A stretch of DNA of 54,680 nt from a virus (taxonomy: Duplodnaviria; Caudoviricetes): the IMG/VR virus record IMGVR_UViG_3300037722_000443, positions 1 through 54,680 of that record. One strand, given 5' to 3'. Within the stretch, counting starts at the first letter, position 1. Each line of letters opens with the position of its first letter. This document shows positions 25,297 through 36,132 of this stretch, one piece after another. Under the pieces are notes generated by a model. It worked only from the letters and a program-made list of their open reading frames with translations. It was not told the DNA's origin and ran no database searches. The translations under genes and the position numbers were made by a program.

Positions 25297-25321
25297 TCCC
25301 CGGCCTTCGGGCCGGGGATTT
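25297..25321 (+). terminator. intrinsic terminator
   Basis: TCCCCGGCC-TTCG-GGCCGGGGA-TTT. Confidence 0.75.
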
Positions 25322-25344
25322 CACTACTTACCAAGGAACCTCAC

Positions 25345-26214
25345 ATGAGTCATGACATTCTCCTGAGTACCGACAGGGAGCAACTGAAGAAATTTGCCAA
25401 GCAGCTTGGCGCTCGGTTGGACTCCACTGACGACATCGACCGGATCAAGGCCAAGATCGCGGAGAAATTGGGCGAGTTTGGATTCGACAGCCTGGCGGGC
25501 ACCAACGCCTCGGATGACGTGAAAGAACAAGCCAAGAACGCCGCGATTGAAACCATCATGTCTGGAAGGGCGGAACTGGCCGGGTTGAGCCCGTATCCCA
25601 CTGACCTTCCCAAAGGCAGGTTGCCGAACCTTTTGCCGTTCAAGAACCCATGGGGCGGGCGCCGGATGCGCCTGAAGCGGATTCTGGAAAAGGACGCGCA
25701 GCGGATTTTGTTCATTCACTGGAATGGCTATCCGTATGTGATGGGCATGGAAGCGGAGTATGCCGATGTGCCGTGGCCGCACTACCTGGTGCTGCTGAAT
25801 GCTCGTTCACAGAAGTTGAGGCAGAAAAAGCGTACCGACGATGAGGGCCGGGCCATGTATGAAAACACCTTCTACACGGTCAACAACTTCCCGATCGAGC
25901 GTTTTGGCGTATCTCCTGGCACCGAGAAGCTGCCGCGCTCGCTCAAGGAGTTCATCTATGCGGCCTACATCGAGGGTTTCCCGGCCTGGACGCCGATGAT
26001 GTGGAAGCAGGTGGCCAGCGCCTATTCCTATGGCGACAAGCAGTTGGGCATTGTGCCGAGTATGCCGGCCCTGAAGCAGCAGGAAACCCGTCGTCTGATG
26101 GTCCTGGATCGCCTGGGCCTGCCGGACATTGGCGATGAGAGCGATGACCGCGAGGAACGCGAGAACAATGTGGCGGCCCTGCTGCGGGAAAGCCCGATAG
26201 CGGAAGCCGCATGA
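25345..26214 (+). CDS. hypothetical virion-module protein
   Basis: AAGGA RBS; in structural operon. Confidence 0.7.
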   Translation: MSHDILLSTDREQLKKFAKQLGARLDSTDDIDRIKAKIAEKLGEFGFDSLAGTNASDDVKEQAKNAAIETIMSGRAELAGLSPYPTDLPKGRLPNLLPFKNPWGGRRMRLKRILEKDAQRILFIHWNGYPYVMGMEAEYADVPWPHYLVLLNARSQKLRQKKRTDDEGRAMYENTFYTVNNFPIERFGVSPGTEKLPRSLKEFIYAAYIEGFPAWTPMMWKQVASAYSYGDKQLGIVPSMPALKQQETRRLMVLDRLGLPDIGDESDDREERENNVAALLRESPIAEAA

Positions 26215-26215
26215 C

Positions 26216-26908
26216 ATGACCAGGCTGGAGCTCGTTCAATTCGTGGCCCAGAACCTGGGTACGGAAGACCGGGACGAGATCACGTCCACCACCTCGCCAA
26301 ACCGGGACTACACCCGGGATATCGTGGAGGCGGTGGACGCAGCCTGGGAGGAAATTCAGGTCATGCACGAGGGCACCTGGCACTGGCGCCGGGAGCAGCA
26401 AACGTTTGCCACGGCAGTAAGTGACCGAGAGTACGCCTTCACCGACATTGACGCCGATACCGTGGGCATTATTCCGTTCCGGCACAGCCCGGATTCGGAG
26501 TCCTACATCCTGATCGACGATAACCCGGTGTACTTCATTCCGTACCAGCAATGGCGTGGGTATTGGGACCGGGGTACGCGCTCGGTGCAGCGTCCGCAAT
26601 ACTTCACGATCCGCCACGACGGGGGTGGCAAGATCGAGTTCGACCCGACCCCGGATGCGGTGTACACGGTCACTCTGGACATTCTGCATGACGTGCAGGA
26701 CCTGACGGCGGATGCGGATGTGCCGTTGATGCCGCCCCGGTTTCACCGGGTCATTGCCCTGCTGGCCGCCCGCTATCTGGCCGAGTATGACGAGAGTCCG
26801 CGGCTCGCGTTGTTTGAACAACGCTACAAGCGCTGGATGAACGATCTGCGCGAGGACCAGTTGCCCAAGCAGCGCTGGACGGTCACCCCGATTGGGTTCA
26901 ACAGATGA
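26216..26908 (+). CDS. head-tail adaptor (tail tubular protein A-like)
   Basis: MTRLELVQ...W.W...PTPDAVYTV...DADVPLMPPRFH..I pattern. Confidence 0.75.
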   Translation: MTRLELVQFVAQNLGTEDRDEITSTTSPNRDYTRDIVEAVDAAWEEIQVMHEGTWHWRREQQTFATAVSDREYAFTDIDADTVGIIPFRHSPDSESYILIDDNPVYFIPYQQWRGYWDRGTRSVQRPQYFTIRHDGGGKIEFDPTPDAVYTVTLDILHDVQDLTADADVPLMPPRFHRVIALLAARYLAEYDESPRLALFEQRYKRWMNDLREDQLPKQRWTVTPIGFNR

Positions 26909-29900
26909 CCATTGAAGCCATCCTCAAGGGTGGCCTTGATCTGCGCACCGCCAAATCGAAGGTAGTCCCGGGCCGGTTGCTGGACTGCAAGAACTACGAG
27001 ACCACCACCGATCAGGATGGCTATTCGTCAATCGGCGGGTTTGAGGGCTTCGATGGTCACATCAGTCCCTCGTCGCATGATGTGTGGCGCCTGACAGTAC
27101 CTCTGGCATCGGTCACTGGCGACTTTACCGCTGGCGAGAACGTCACCTGGGACCTGAGTGGCGAGACCGGGGACATGGGCGTGGTGGCGGTGTATGCCGA
27201 GCCCCCGTTCAGCGGGAACGCCGTGATTACCTTCGTGTACTGGAAGGCCACCGACTACATTCCGGACGGGGCCACGATTACCGGCGATGATTCGGGCGCC
27301 ACGTTCACCTACGATCTGGCCGCGCATACCCTTGAGCACGTCACTGTCTATGCCGCCGACGTGGCAGGGCTGCTGGGCGAACTGGAGACCACCTGGGACG
27401 CGCTCAGGGCGCCGATTACACAGGTTCCGGGGATGGGCCCGGTGTTGGGCATCAAGCGCTTCGAGGAAGCGACCTACGCAATCCGCAATCATTTCCACTT
27501 CGGGTTTGATGAGGGGAGCGCGGAGCCGGAGAATTACCAGCGGATTCGGGATGCCTCGGACTATGAGGGCATCGTGATCGGCTATTCGCTGGACTCCGGG
27601 GTCTTTTCCTCTGGAACGGCGGCTGGCGACATCATTGTGGCGGCGATTGACCGTGAGTTTTCGGTGGCCGACAACGAGCAATTTGATCTGTTGGGCGAAC
27701 TGCATTTTGACAGCGGTTCGGAAGAGCCGAGTGTCGGGGACACGATCTCTGGCGCTACCAGTGGATCGACGGCGGTGGTTCACCGGGTTTTGCTGTTATC
27801 CGGCACCTGGGCTGGCGGGGATGCCACGGGGATCATCTACATCCTGACCGAGAGTGCGCCGTTTAACGTGGCGACCCCGGAGAACATCGACAACGACACC
27901 AGCACCGATACCAATGTCGCGACAATGGTGGCCCATACCCTGCACGCCACCGATGACGCTCTGAAGTCCACGGCCGAGGTGCTGATTGATTCGGCCAATG
28001 CCGACATGTGGCGCAGTACGCGGGACGGTTGGGAGCCCGTTGAGCTGGGCTGGGAACTGACCTACGACACCGGCGGCAACGAGCCTCCGACCGTGATCCT
28101 GGGCGGCACCGACGCGGAGGTGGCTACCGAGCAGGAACAGACGGACTGGATGACCGCCAACAGCATCACCGAGTTGACTGGCGGCTTTGCCTGGTCCGGC
28201 CTCACTTCCGGAAACCTGGCGGCCGATGATGCCGCCGAGGCGACGGTGGCCATGAGCGGGGTGGACGGCTACGTTTCCAACGAGGTCCAGGCCAAGGACT
28301 TCAGGTTTGAGTTGAAGCCCAGCGATGCGGTGCTCGGGTTTGAGGTTGATTTCCGCACCCGGCGCACGGCGGGAACCTCGAAGGGCCGAATCAAGGCCGA
28401 TTTCCTGGCCGTGTTCGGTTCCAGTCCGTTCATTTGGTCACAGGAGTCAAAGGCTTCGGGTTACCTGCTGGACAGCGCTACCGAGCAAACGATTGCGTTT
28501 GGCGGTGATGCCGACCTGTGGGGCGGGATGTACAACGGCCCGCTCACGGTCACCCACATCAACAGCACTGATTTTGGCATTCAGTGGGAGATTGGCCGGT
28601 TCACCATCGCCGACGGAACTTTCGCGGTTGATCGGCTGCGGATGCGCATCACCTACCTGCCGGCCGGCAAGAAGGTGTACTTCTGGGACTCAAGCGGGTC
28701 CGAGGATTTTGGCCAGGCGGTGATCACCAATGACTATCTGCGCTCTGGAACTTATGCGGGTTCGGATGCGGCGGGCACCTATTCACTGGCCGACCTGACC
28801 CGTTTTGACCTGTATCCGGGGCTGCAAATTCGCTCTGACTCTGGCGGTGGTGGGGTTCTGTACGCGCTGGTGGCTGGACCCCCAGCCCGCGTGACGATGC
28901 CAGGCTATGCGGCTTTGCAGGCCGAGGACAGCCGCTATGAAATGATCGAAAACAATTTCTACGCCTCCGATGATCTCAACGCTTTGTGGGGGGTCTCGGG
29001 CGCCGGACTGGCGTTTGTCTGGGATGGGGTCTATTTCCGCCAGATAAGGACCGGTGTGGCCGAGGCGCGGGATAAGCCGAGACATCTTGAGGCCTTCCAG
29101 TTTCGTCTGGTTTTGGGCTATTCGTGGGGTGAGTTGAACTGGTCGGTGGCCGGTACGCCGCTGAGTTTCGACGGGTCGCTGAACGCGGCGGCTACCGGTT
29201 TCGGGTTCAAGATCGTTGGTTTGAAAAAACTGTCCGGCCAGATGCTGGCGGTGTTCACCGATGGCGGGGTGTTTGCCGCCGTGGTGTCGGGCTCCAATTT
29301 CGACCAGCAGATACTGGCCCCGGACTCCAAGGTCGTCGAGTACAGCGTGCAGAAGTTCGGCAAGCAGGTGGTGTTCTGCGACCAGAACGGGGTGCGGGAC
29401 CTTTCCAGTTCTGAAAAGTACGGCGATTTCGAGGCCGGGACGTTGAGCCGGGACGTGAACAAGTGGCTGCGCCCGCGGCTGCGTCAGGTGGCCGACAGCG
29501 GGCCACGTAACCGGAATTTCGTCAACAGTACCATCGTGCGCTCGAAGGGCCAGTACCGGATGTACTTCGCCGATGGCTGGGCGCTGACCATGACCTTCGA
29601 TTATCAGGAGCCGCCTGAATTCACCTTCCAGAAACTGTGGCTGGATGATGACGAGGATGCGTACCTGCGGGTGTTCGCCACCGATTCCGAGCAGGACGAT
29701 GATGGCACCGAGCATGTTTATTTCAGCACATCGCCCCGCGATGACTACGACCACGGCACTGATCTGGGCTTTGTGTTGCAGTCTGATCGAGGTACCACTT
29801 TCGACGGTGACGGGATTGCCGGCTATTGCTCGCTGTCGTGGTTGAACGGCGGCGACCCGATCACCAACAAGCGGTCGACCAGTTGGATTCTGGAGGGCAT

Positions 29901-30276
29901 GGCCTACAACTACGCCACCCCTGCGGCTGACTTTGCGGTGGACTTCGAGGATCCGGATGGAGTTGGCGGGGAAACCCTGCGCATCGGGGCCACCACCGAT
30001 CCCCCGATATTGGAGTCCAGGGCGTTCTTCACCAAATTCAGGAGCCAGAAGCGCGGGCGCAACATTGCGCTGCGGTTTGATTACAACTCATCCCCGGTCG
30101 ATGCCCTGGACTGCTTTTTGTTGATCGAGAGTTCCGGCGACCCTTTGATTCTCGAATCGAGCGTCACGGGCGAGGACTACCTGGCTATCGAGTCATGCGT
30201 CACATCCCCGCAACTGCCGCATTTGCTGCAACTGGTGTACTCGGTGGATGAATCAAGTGGACGAAAGGAAGTGTAA
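26905..30276 (+). CDS. tail nozzle/stabilisation protein (tail tubular protein B-like) with insertion domains
   Basis: GGLDL...NYE...GY..IGG.E.FDG N-terminus; beta-propeller-like C-terminal half; follows the adaptor. Confidence 0.75.
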   Translation: MTIEAILKGGLDLRTAKSKVVPGRLLDCKNYETTTDQDGYSSIGGFEGFDGHISPSSHDVWRLTVPLASVTGDFTAGENVTWDLSGETGDMGVVAVYAEPPFSGNAVITFVYWKATDYIPDGATITGDDSGATFTYDLAAHTLEHVTVYAADVAGLLGELETTWDALRAPITQVPGMGPVLGIKRFEEATYAIRNHFHFGFDEGSAEPENYQRIRDASDYEGIVIGYSLDSGVFSSGTAAGDIIVAAIDREFSVADNEQFDLLGELHFDSGSEEPSVGDTISGATSGSTAVVHRVLLLSGTWAGGDATGIIYILTESAPFNVATPENIDNDTSTDTNVATMVAHTLHATDDALKSTAEVLIDSANADMWRSTRDGWEPVELGWELTYDTGGNEPPTVILGGTDAEVATEQEQTDWMTANSITELTGGFAWSGLTSGNLAADDAAEATVAMSGVDGYVSNEVQAKDFRFELKPSDAVLGFEVDFRTRRTAGTSKGRIKADFLAVFGSSPFIWSQESKASGYLLDSATEQTIAFGGDADLWGGMYNGPLTVTHINSTDFGIQWEIGRFTIADGTFAVDRLRMRITYLPAGKKVYFWDSSGSEDFGQAVITNDYLRSGTYAGSDAAGTYSLADLTRFDLYPGLQIRSDSGGGGVLYALVAGPPARVTMPGYAALQAEDSRYEMIENNFYASDDLNALWGVSGAGLAFVWDGVYFRQIRTGVAEARDKPRHLEAFQFRLVLGYSWGELNWSVAGTPLSFDGSLNAAATGFGFKIVGLKKLSGQMLAVFTDGGVFAAVVSGSNFDQQILAPDSKVVEYSVQKFGKQVVFCDQNGVRDLSSSEKYGDFEAGTLSRDVNKWLRPRLRQVADSGPRNRNFVNSTIVRSKGQYRMYFADGWALTMTFDYQEPPEFTFQKLWLDDDEDAYLRVFATDSEQDDDGTEHVYFSTSPRDDYDHGTDLGFVLQSDRGTTFDGDGIAGYCSLSWLNGGDPITNKRSTSWILEGMAYNYATPAADFAVDFEDPDGVGGETLRIGATTDPPILESRAFFTKFRSQKRGRNIALRFDYNSSPVDALDCFLLIESSGDPLILESSVTGEDYLAIESCVTSPQLPHLLQLVYSVDESSGRKEV

Positions 30277-30278
30277 CC

Positions 30279-31328
30279 ATGACTACTCAATACACCTTGC
30301 CACAGACGGCATATCTACAACCGCAACCGCAACCGTCGTCGGAAGACTATGTGCTGAACACGCAGATCAACCAGCAAGACCCCAACACGATCACGGCCGG
30401 CATGTCGCCAAATCTCCTGGACAGCCTTTATCCGAATGCGGAGAACATGAACCTCGACCCGACCTCCTACGCGAGCGCCGGGCAGGCCAGGACGTACACC
30501 CGCCAAGTGGGCGACAACGAACTGGCCAGTTCCAATCTGGACCGGATTCTGGCCCATGACAGCCCATTGCGGCGTAGGGCTTTGCAGGAAGGGATTGACT
30601 ACGCGGCCAGCCGGGGGCTGGTGAATTCCTCGATTGCCGGCGGTAATGCGTTTGGGTCCCTGATTGACCGGGCGACGCCGTTGGCGACCTTCGATGCTTC
30701 GGCCTACCAGACCGGGGCGCGGGATAACCAGACCGCGCAGAATCAGGTTGGTCTGTTCAATGCCGGTCAGCGCACCCAGACGAGTCTGGCCAATGCCGGG
30801 GCCGACAACCAGTTCCGCAATCTGCTGGCTCAGGGACAGATTGGCAGCATGGCCGATGTGCGCCAGGCACTGTTCGGGATTGAAAACCGGGAAGATCAGC
30901 AGGCATATGGCACCAGCGAACGCGAGGGCTCGCAGGGATTTCAGACCGGTGAACGACTGGGGTCACAGGGTTGGCAGACTGGTGAGCGCGAGGGTTCGCA
31001 AGACTTCCAGATGCTGTTTCAGCAAAGCAATCAGGATTTCGAGGAATCCATGCGCGCCCTGGACCGGGATCTGACCCGCGAGGGGTACGATGCGCAGACC
31101 CGCCAGTCCATTTTGCAGGCGCTCACCCAGGCGCGCAGCAATCAGGCGCAGATTGAATCGAACGCCGCGCTGGCCATTTACCAGAACCCGAATCTGGATG
31201 CCGGGCAGCAGAATCGGGCGTTCAGCGATTTCCGCACCTCGGTGAGCAACGATATTTTCAACTCCATCGTCGCCGACTTTCCGGACATGCCTGACCTGTT
31301 CCCCGGCATGTTTGGTGGCGGTGGGTGA
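30279..31328 (+). CDS. internal virion (ejection) protein
   Basis: Q/N/A/G-rich; AASRGLVNSSIA motif; 11-aa repeat GERxGSQxxQT three times. Confidence 0.7.
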   Translation: MTTQYTLPQTAYLQPQPQPSSEDYVLNTQINQQDPNTITAGMSPNLLDSLYPNAENMNLDPTSYASAGQARTYTRQVGDNELASSNLDRILAHDSPLRRRALQEGIDYAASRGLVNSSIAGGNAFGSLIDRATPLATFDASAYQTGARDNQTAQNQVGLFNAGQRTQTSLANAGADNQFRNLLAQGQIGSMADVRQALFGIENREDQQAYGTSEREGSQGFQTGERLGSQGWQTGEREGSQDFQMLFQQSNQDFEESMRALDRDLTREGYDAQTRQSILQALTQARSNQAQIESNAALAIYQNPNLDAGQQNRAFSDFRTSVSNDIFNSIVADFPDMPDLFPGMFGGGG

Positions 31329-31756
31329 AAGTCCGCCCGGCGCTACTGACCGACATTACCCGGATCATCATTTTTTGTCGTGCCCATGAGCATTTGCTCC
31401 GGGATGACGATCCCCGTGTGGATGCCGGTTACTTGCGGCGCCAGTTGCGCAATTGCATCAAGGACTCTGAGGCGGTGGTGCTGGTGGCCATTGGCGGCAA
31501 TCAGATCAAGGGCGTGCTGATCGGCTGGCTGATGAACTGGGCGTGGAACCCGCAACGTTATGGCACTGACATTCTGTTTCTGGCTGACCAGGGCGGTGAT
31601 TACCTGATGCGCAAATTCGAGGCTTGGTGCCGCCAGCACGGGGCGCGACGGGTACTGCAAACGACTCACCTTGAGTACCAGGCGGACAGGGTTGAGAAAT
31701 TTTATTCACGCTCCGGTCGGGTAAAGACCGGGCATGTGTGGGAGAAGATGCTGTGA
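31325..31756 (+). CDS. GNAT-fold protein of the podovirus tail/ejection module
   Basis: VRPALLTDI...GDYLMRKFEAWCRQHGA...KFYSRSG. Confidence 0.75.
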   Translation: MKVRPALLTDITRIIIFCRAHEHLLRDDDPRVDAGYLRRQLRNCIKDSEAVVLVAIGGNQIKGVLIGWLMNWAWNPQRYGTDILFLADQGGDYLMRKFEAWCRQHGARRVLQTTHLEYQADRVEKFYSRSGRVKTGHVWEKML

Positions 31757-32565
31757 GCGGTGTATTCAAGGGAATCATAAAGCGGGCCAAAAAGCCCTTC
31801 AAGTTTGTGAAGAAGTACTGGAAGGAGATTCTCATTGTCGCCGCCGTGGTGTTTACCGCCGGGGTGGCCACGGTCGGCTTTGCCGGGATGAGTGCGGCGT
31901 TTGGGACAGCTACCGCATCGGCAGCCGCTGGTGGCTTGGGCATGGGTGCATTTCAGGCCGCCCTGTATGTGGGCGGTTCAACGCTGTGGGCCGGTGCGAC
32001 CGCGATTGCTGGCTCGATGGGGATCGGCGCTGGCGCGAAAGGGTTTGTGGCTGGAGCGGCCGGGATGCAGGGCGCGACGCTTGGAACAGGTGCTTTGGCC
32101 GCGAAGCTGGGCGGTAAGGCGGCGCAGGCGAACATGGCGAATGCGGCGGCGAATTCCACGGCGGCTGGCGGGTCTGGGCTGGCGGCGAGTGCTGGTGGTC
32201 AGAATATCGCGCTGATGGCCCCTCAGGCTGCCCCGGCTGCTGCTGGTGCAGGTGCAGGTGGCGCTGGTGCCGCCTCTGGTGGTGGGGTGGCTCCTGTTGC
32301 TCAGGCAGCGGCCAAGAAACCTCTGTTGGACACCCTTGGCGGTCAGGCCTTGGTTCAGGGCGGCATGGGCATGGCGCAGGGCTACTTTCAGGGCAAGGCG
32401 ATGGAGGAAGGCGAGCCGCTGGCGGTGTTTGGTCAGAACCTTGATGGTTCGATGCCGAGCTTCATGCTACCGGGGCAGATTGACCCGCGCACCGGACGGC
32501 CGATGACCGAGGAAGAAGTCCGGGTCTACAACGAACAGATGGCCGGTGGGCCGGTGCCAGCCTGA
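31753..32565 (+). CDS. A/G-rich membrane-active ejection protein
   Basis: Basic amphipathic N-terminus then long hydrophobic A/G-rich helices. Confidence 0.7.
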   Translation: MSGVFKGIIKRAKKPFKFVKKYWKEILIVAAVVFTAGVATVGFAGMSAAFGTATASAAAGGLGMGAFQAALYVGGSTLWAGATAIAGSMGIGAGAKGFVAGAAGMQGATLGTGALAAKLGGKAAQANMANAAANSTAAGGSGLAASAGGQNIALMAPQAAPAAAGAGAGGAGAASGGGVAPVAQAAAKKPLLDTLGGQALVQGGMGMAQGYFQGKAMEEGEPLAVFGQNLDGSMPSFMLPGQIDPRTGRPMTEEEVRVYNEQMAGGPVPA

Positions 32566-33404
32566 TGGGCATGGTTGGACGAATTGCGCGATCAAACCAG
32601 ATCGTCACGGGCATTCGCGGGCCGATGGTGGGTGGCCCAGCAGGTTCTGGTTGGTCATACGCCACAATAGCCGCTGCTGAATCATCCGGTGACACATGGG
32701 CCGAAGGCGCGATTATCACGATTACCGGGCTGTCTGATCTGAAACTGATTTACTACTCCGCGCTGGAAGTCGATGGACACTCGGGCCTGATCCACGCCTT
32801 CCCGTTTGGCGATGCCGTAACCCACAGCGCAGCGGCGGTGATGTTCGATGAAGCCGAGGGCGTTGACCCGGATTCGTGGTCCGGATTCACGGACATGGGC
32901 ACGGGGACCAAGCCGACAGACTACGATTACGACGTAGATGGTGGTTTGGCCCGGTTGCGGAATATAACGGGGAGCGGCGCATTCAGGGTGGACGCTACCG
33001 CGCCGACCTCTGGACAAGTATTCACCTTCACGGTGATTGACAGTCTATCGGTGTCCACCGGATACAGCGCGGGTATAGCGGCTGACATATTCCCGCGAGC
33101 CTATTTGGACGGTGTTAGCACCTACCAGTGCAACATAAACGTAAACAAGAACATCGATGCCACTAACTGGCTGTTGTCGCCCGGCGGGGTGGACACCGGG
33201 ATTCCGTTTGGTACAGCTAGCAGGGTATGGATTTATCTGGATGATACCAATGCTGCCGTGTGGTCGGATACCGACAGTTCGCCGACCGTGATTTCATCCG
33301 GCACTGGCGGCAATGTGGGGCTGTTGCTGCGGGCTGCCGTGGCCGGTAACAGCACAGCTATGAAATGCGGCTATTTCGTTAACGCAAGCCTGACAGCGGC
33401 ATGA
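32565..33404 (+). CDS. beta-rich tail-associated protein
   Basis: T/S/G-rich ORF in the tail module. Confidence 0.6.
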   Translation: MGMVGRIARSNQIVTGIRGPMVGGPAGSGWSYATIAAAESSGDTWAEGAIITITGLSDLKLIYYSALEVDGHSGLIHAFPFGDAVTHSAAAVMFDEAEGVDPDSWSGFTDMGTGTKPTDYDYDVDGGLARLRNITGSGAFRVDATAPTSGQVFTFTVIDSLSVSTGYSAGIAADIFPRAYLDGVSTYQCNINVNKNIDATNWLLSPGGVDTGIPFGTASRVWIYLDDTNAAVWSDTDSSPTVISSGTGGNVGLLLRAAVAGNSTAMKCGYFVNASLTAA

Positions 33405-33444
33405 TGGACTTCCTCACCTCAAGGTAGCGGCTTAGGAGCATTAA

Positions 33445-34764
33445 ATGGCTAGCGAAAAACTCTCGACAATCCGCGAGGACCACCCATCCGTTGCCCAGCC
33501 CGGCGATGTGCTTTATGGCATTCGTGGGGCGCAGGAATACGGCTTGCTGGTTGCCGAAGTCGCGGCCGTGGGCACCAACCAGCAGAACACCAATACCCGG
33601 CTGATTTCCGGTAGCGTGACCTGGATTTCCGGGCTCACGTTTGAAGTCAGCGAATGTGTTTATCTCATCGAGGGGGACAGCTATACATCGGCGCCGGCCA
33701 CGATAACCCTCGACGCATCGGACATCACCCATCCGCGCATTGATGTGCTGTATGTGGACACCGACTCTCTGGCCGGGGAAATTGCTGGTACACCGGCCGC
33801 CTCTCCGGCCAAGCCGGAAGTGGACCCGCTCACGCAATTGGAGTTGACTTTCGTCACGGTCGAGGCTGGGGCCACTACCCCCACGGGAATATCAGCCATG
33901 CTGCTGTATGGCGACAACGTGGGCGATCCGACCGAATGGGATGCCACGGCAAGCGCGGGGACCATCGACGTGGACAACACCGATGATCCGTATGCGGGCA
34001 CCAAGGCGATCCAGTTCTGGGACGCGTTTGCGGGTCAAAGGGCGATGCTGGACGCGGGCAGCGGCAACGAGTTGACCGTGGGCACCCTGGACTTCCTGGA
34101 ACTCCATGTCAAGGCGATCACCTGGCCCGGTTCCACGCGTTTGCGGGTGGCGTTTTTCAACGGCCCGACGCGCATTTCGACATGGGTTGATATCAAGGAC
34201 GGGAATTTTGGTTTCGACAGTTCCAACACGTCAGACTATCAGACCGTGGGTATCCCGAATTCCGCGTTCGCCTTCACCGACACGGTAGCCGATGCCGTGT
34301 GGATACAGATGAATGGCAGTCCGGGCGGCAGTTTTCAGGCTTATGTGGATCATGTCAGGGCTCAGAGTGGCCTGACCATCATCAACAACTTTATCGGCAT
34401 GACCGAAGAAGATTTGGTCAACAACGTCCGGACCTTTCACGCCCAACAGGCGTTTGGTAACGATACTCTGATCGACGGGGCAACCATCCCGTGGAATCTT
34501 GACCGGCAGATGATCGCCACGGTCACTCTTGAGGGTAATCGCACGCTCTCCAGTCCGACCAATATCCGGGCGGGAGGCACTTACTATCTGCGGGTGATTC
34601 AGGACGGTACGGGGTCAAGGACTTTGGCCTATGGAGCGGCCTTCCTGTGGCCCGGTGGCATCGCCCCGACCCTGAGCACTGGGGCAGGGGCCGAGGACAT
34701 CCTGACGTTCGTGAGTTTCGATGGCACCAACCTCTACGGTGTCGATGTGCTGGACTTCTCCTGA
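33445..34764 (+). CDS. tail fibre/receptor-binding protein
   Basis: HPRIDVLYV anchor motif, central jelly-roll-like segment, C-terminal IQDGTGSRTL...WPGGIAPTLST domain. Confidence 0.75.
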   Translation: MASEKLSTIREDHPSVAQPGDVLYGIRGAQEYGLLVAEVAAVGTNQQNTNTRLISGSVTWISGLTFEVSECVYLIEGDSYTSAPATITLDASDITHPRIDVLYVDTDSLAGEIAGTPAASPAKPEVDPLTQLELTFVTVEAGATTPTGISAMLLYGDNVGDPTEWDATASAGTIDVDNTDDPYAGTKAIQFWDAFAGQRAMLDAGSGNELTVGTLDFLELHVKAITWPGSTRLRVAFFNGPTRISTWVDIKDGNFGFDSSNTSDYQTVGIPNSAFAFTDTVADAVWIQMNGSPGGSFQAYVDHVRAQSGLTIINNFIGMTEEDLVNNVRTFHAQQAFGNDTLIDGATIPWNLDRQMIATVTLEGNRTLSSPTNIRAGGTYYLRVIQDGTGSRTLAYGAAFLWPGGIAPTLSTGAGAEDILTFVSFDGTNLYGVDVLDFS

Positions 34765-35531
34765 TGTTCATCCGCCCACTGGGGCACAGGGCGACTCAAG
34801 TAGCTCTGGGCGGTCAGAACGCTATTCAGGTGGATGCCCCGTCCGGGAATTATCTGGAGGGCGGGGCCACCAGGTGGGCACCGGCGGACAATGCAAACCT
34901 GTCCATAGTGTCTTGGCTGAAATTTGGTGATGTGGCCAATATAACGGTGTTTGGCGAAGATCACTTCAGCACCCTCATCAACATATTTATTCGGGCCGAA
35001 TGGGATGCCAGCCTTCCCGTCAACACAATGTCCATAACCCTTGAGGATGGTGGTGGCGATATATTAAATATGCAAACCCTGGGCTTTGGTACTCATGGGC
35101 TGACCACCAACACATGGTTTCCGTTCTTTTTCTCCACGCGGCATACAGCCTCGCCGGTGGTTCGTACCTGGTTTGGCAACACCAATGTCTTCCAAACCCC
35201 AAGCGCTGGCCCTACAGCGAATAGGGTTATTAACCTTAATGATGCGGTCAAGCCGTTTTTGGGAGTAAACAAAAACGCCGCGAATGGCGTTTACGAGCTG
35301 TCTTCCATCTGGATAGACGACTCCTATATCGACTTCGATGTGGAGGCCAATCGTGAACTGTTCATGACCGCCGCTGGGTTGCCCAAACATCTCGGGAGTC
35401 AGGGAGAGATTCCCACCGGCTCCCAGTGCCTGCACTACAACCCGAACGGGGACTTGACCGACAACTTTGGCTCCGAGGCCAATTGGGTCGAGGTGGGTAC
35501 GGTCTCCACCGTGGACGGCCCAGCCGCATAA
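34764..35531 (+). CDS. ConA/LamG-like tail-associated protein
   Basis: LSIVSWLK...NTWFPFFFS pattern; TGATG-coupled to the fibre gene. Confidence 0.55.
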   Translation: MFIRPLGHRATQVALGGQNAIQVDAPSGNYLEGGATRWAPADNANLSIVSWLKFGDVANITVFGEDHFSTLINIFIRAEWDASLPVNTMSITLEDGGGDILNMQTLGFGTHGLTTNTWFPFFFSTRHTASPVVRTWFGNTNVFQTPSAGPTANRVINLNDAVKPFLGVNKNAANGVYELSSIWIDDSYIDFDVEANRELFMTAAGLPKHLGSQGEIPTGSQCLHYNPNGDLTDNFGSEANWVEVGTVSTVDGPAA

Positions 35532-35546
35532 CAGAGGAACACAACC

Positions 35547-36131
35547 ATGGCAGTATCGCTACTGGACAACCAGCAATCATCAGGCCCCAGCCCCGAGGAT
35601 GCCATGCGCCGGATTTCCGAGGGCATTGCAGAAACCATCCACGGGCCAGCGCGGGAGCGGATTTTGCAGACTTTCGAGCAGGACCCGAGCCCCAAGGCGG
35701 CGGCCGGTGTTTTGTACAAGCCAGCCCGGCAGGCGATTGGTCAGGCCGAGCAGGCCGGGGTCGAGGTGGAGGAAGAATTTATCTTCTCGGTGGTGGCCGA
35801 TGGGATTGACATGCTGGCCGAGATTCTGGAGGCCATGGGTCAGCTTGAGGATTCCGAGCAGGCGCTCAACGAGTTCCGCCAAGCCACATTGATGGAGGTT
35901 CTGATGCTCCATGCAGAGCAGGTGGGCGATGACCCGGATCAGCGTCAGGCGGCGCAGCAGGCGCTGGCCATGTACGCCGAGGACGGGACCTTGGATCAGG
36001 TCATTGGCACGGTTGAGAAGCAGGCCAAGGGGGCTGGTCTGGACCCGGAGCAGTTACGGGCAGAGGGCCAGCAGATGGCCATGCCAAAGCGTGATCCGGT
36101 GGCAGAGGGTGTGGAACAGGGGTTGATGTGA
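35547..36131 (+). CDS. hypothetical acidic helical protein (ejection module)
   Basis: GAGGA RBS. Confidence 0.65.
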   Translation: MAVSLLDNQQSSGPSPEDAMRRISEGIAETIHGPARERILQTFEQDPSPKAAAGVLYKPARQAIGQAEQAGVEVEEEFIFSVVADGIDMLAEILEAMGQLEDSEQALNEFRQATLMEVLMLHAEQVGDDPDQRQAAQQALAMYAEDGTLDQVIGTVEKQAKGAGLDPEQLRAEGQQMAMPKRDPVAEGVEQGLM

Positions 36132-36132
36132 G

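Noticed and set aside
30910-31010. 33-bp tandem repeat as a non-coding element
   Set aside because: It is a degenerate 11-aa coding repeat within the ejection protein
32565-35531. Diversity-generating retroelement or invertible tail-fibre cassette
   Set aside because: No reverse transcriptase or invertase gene and no TR/VR pair or inverted repeats seen
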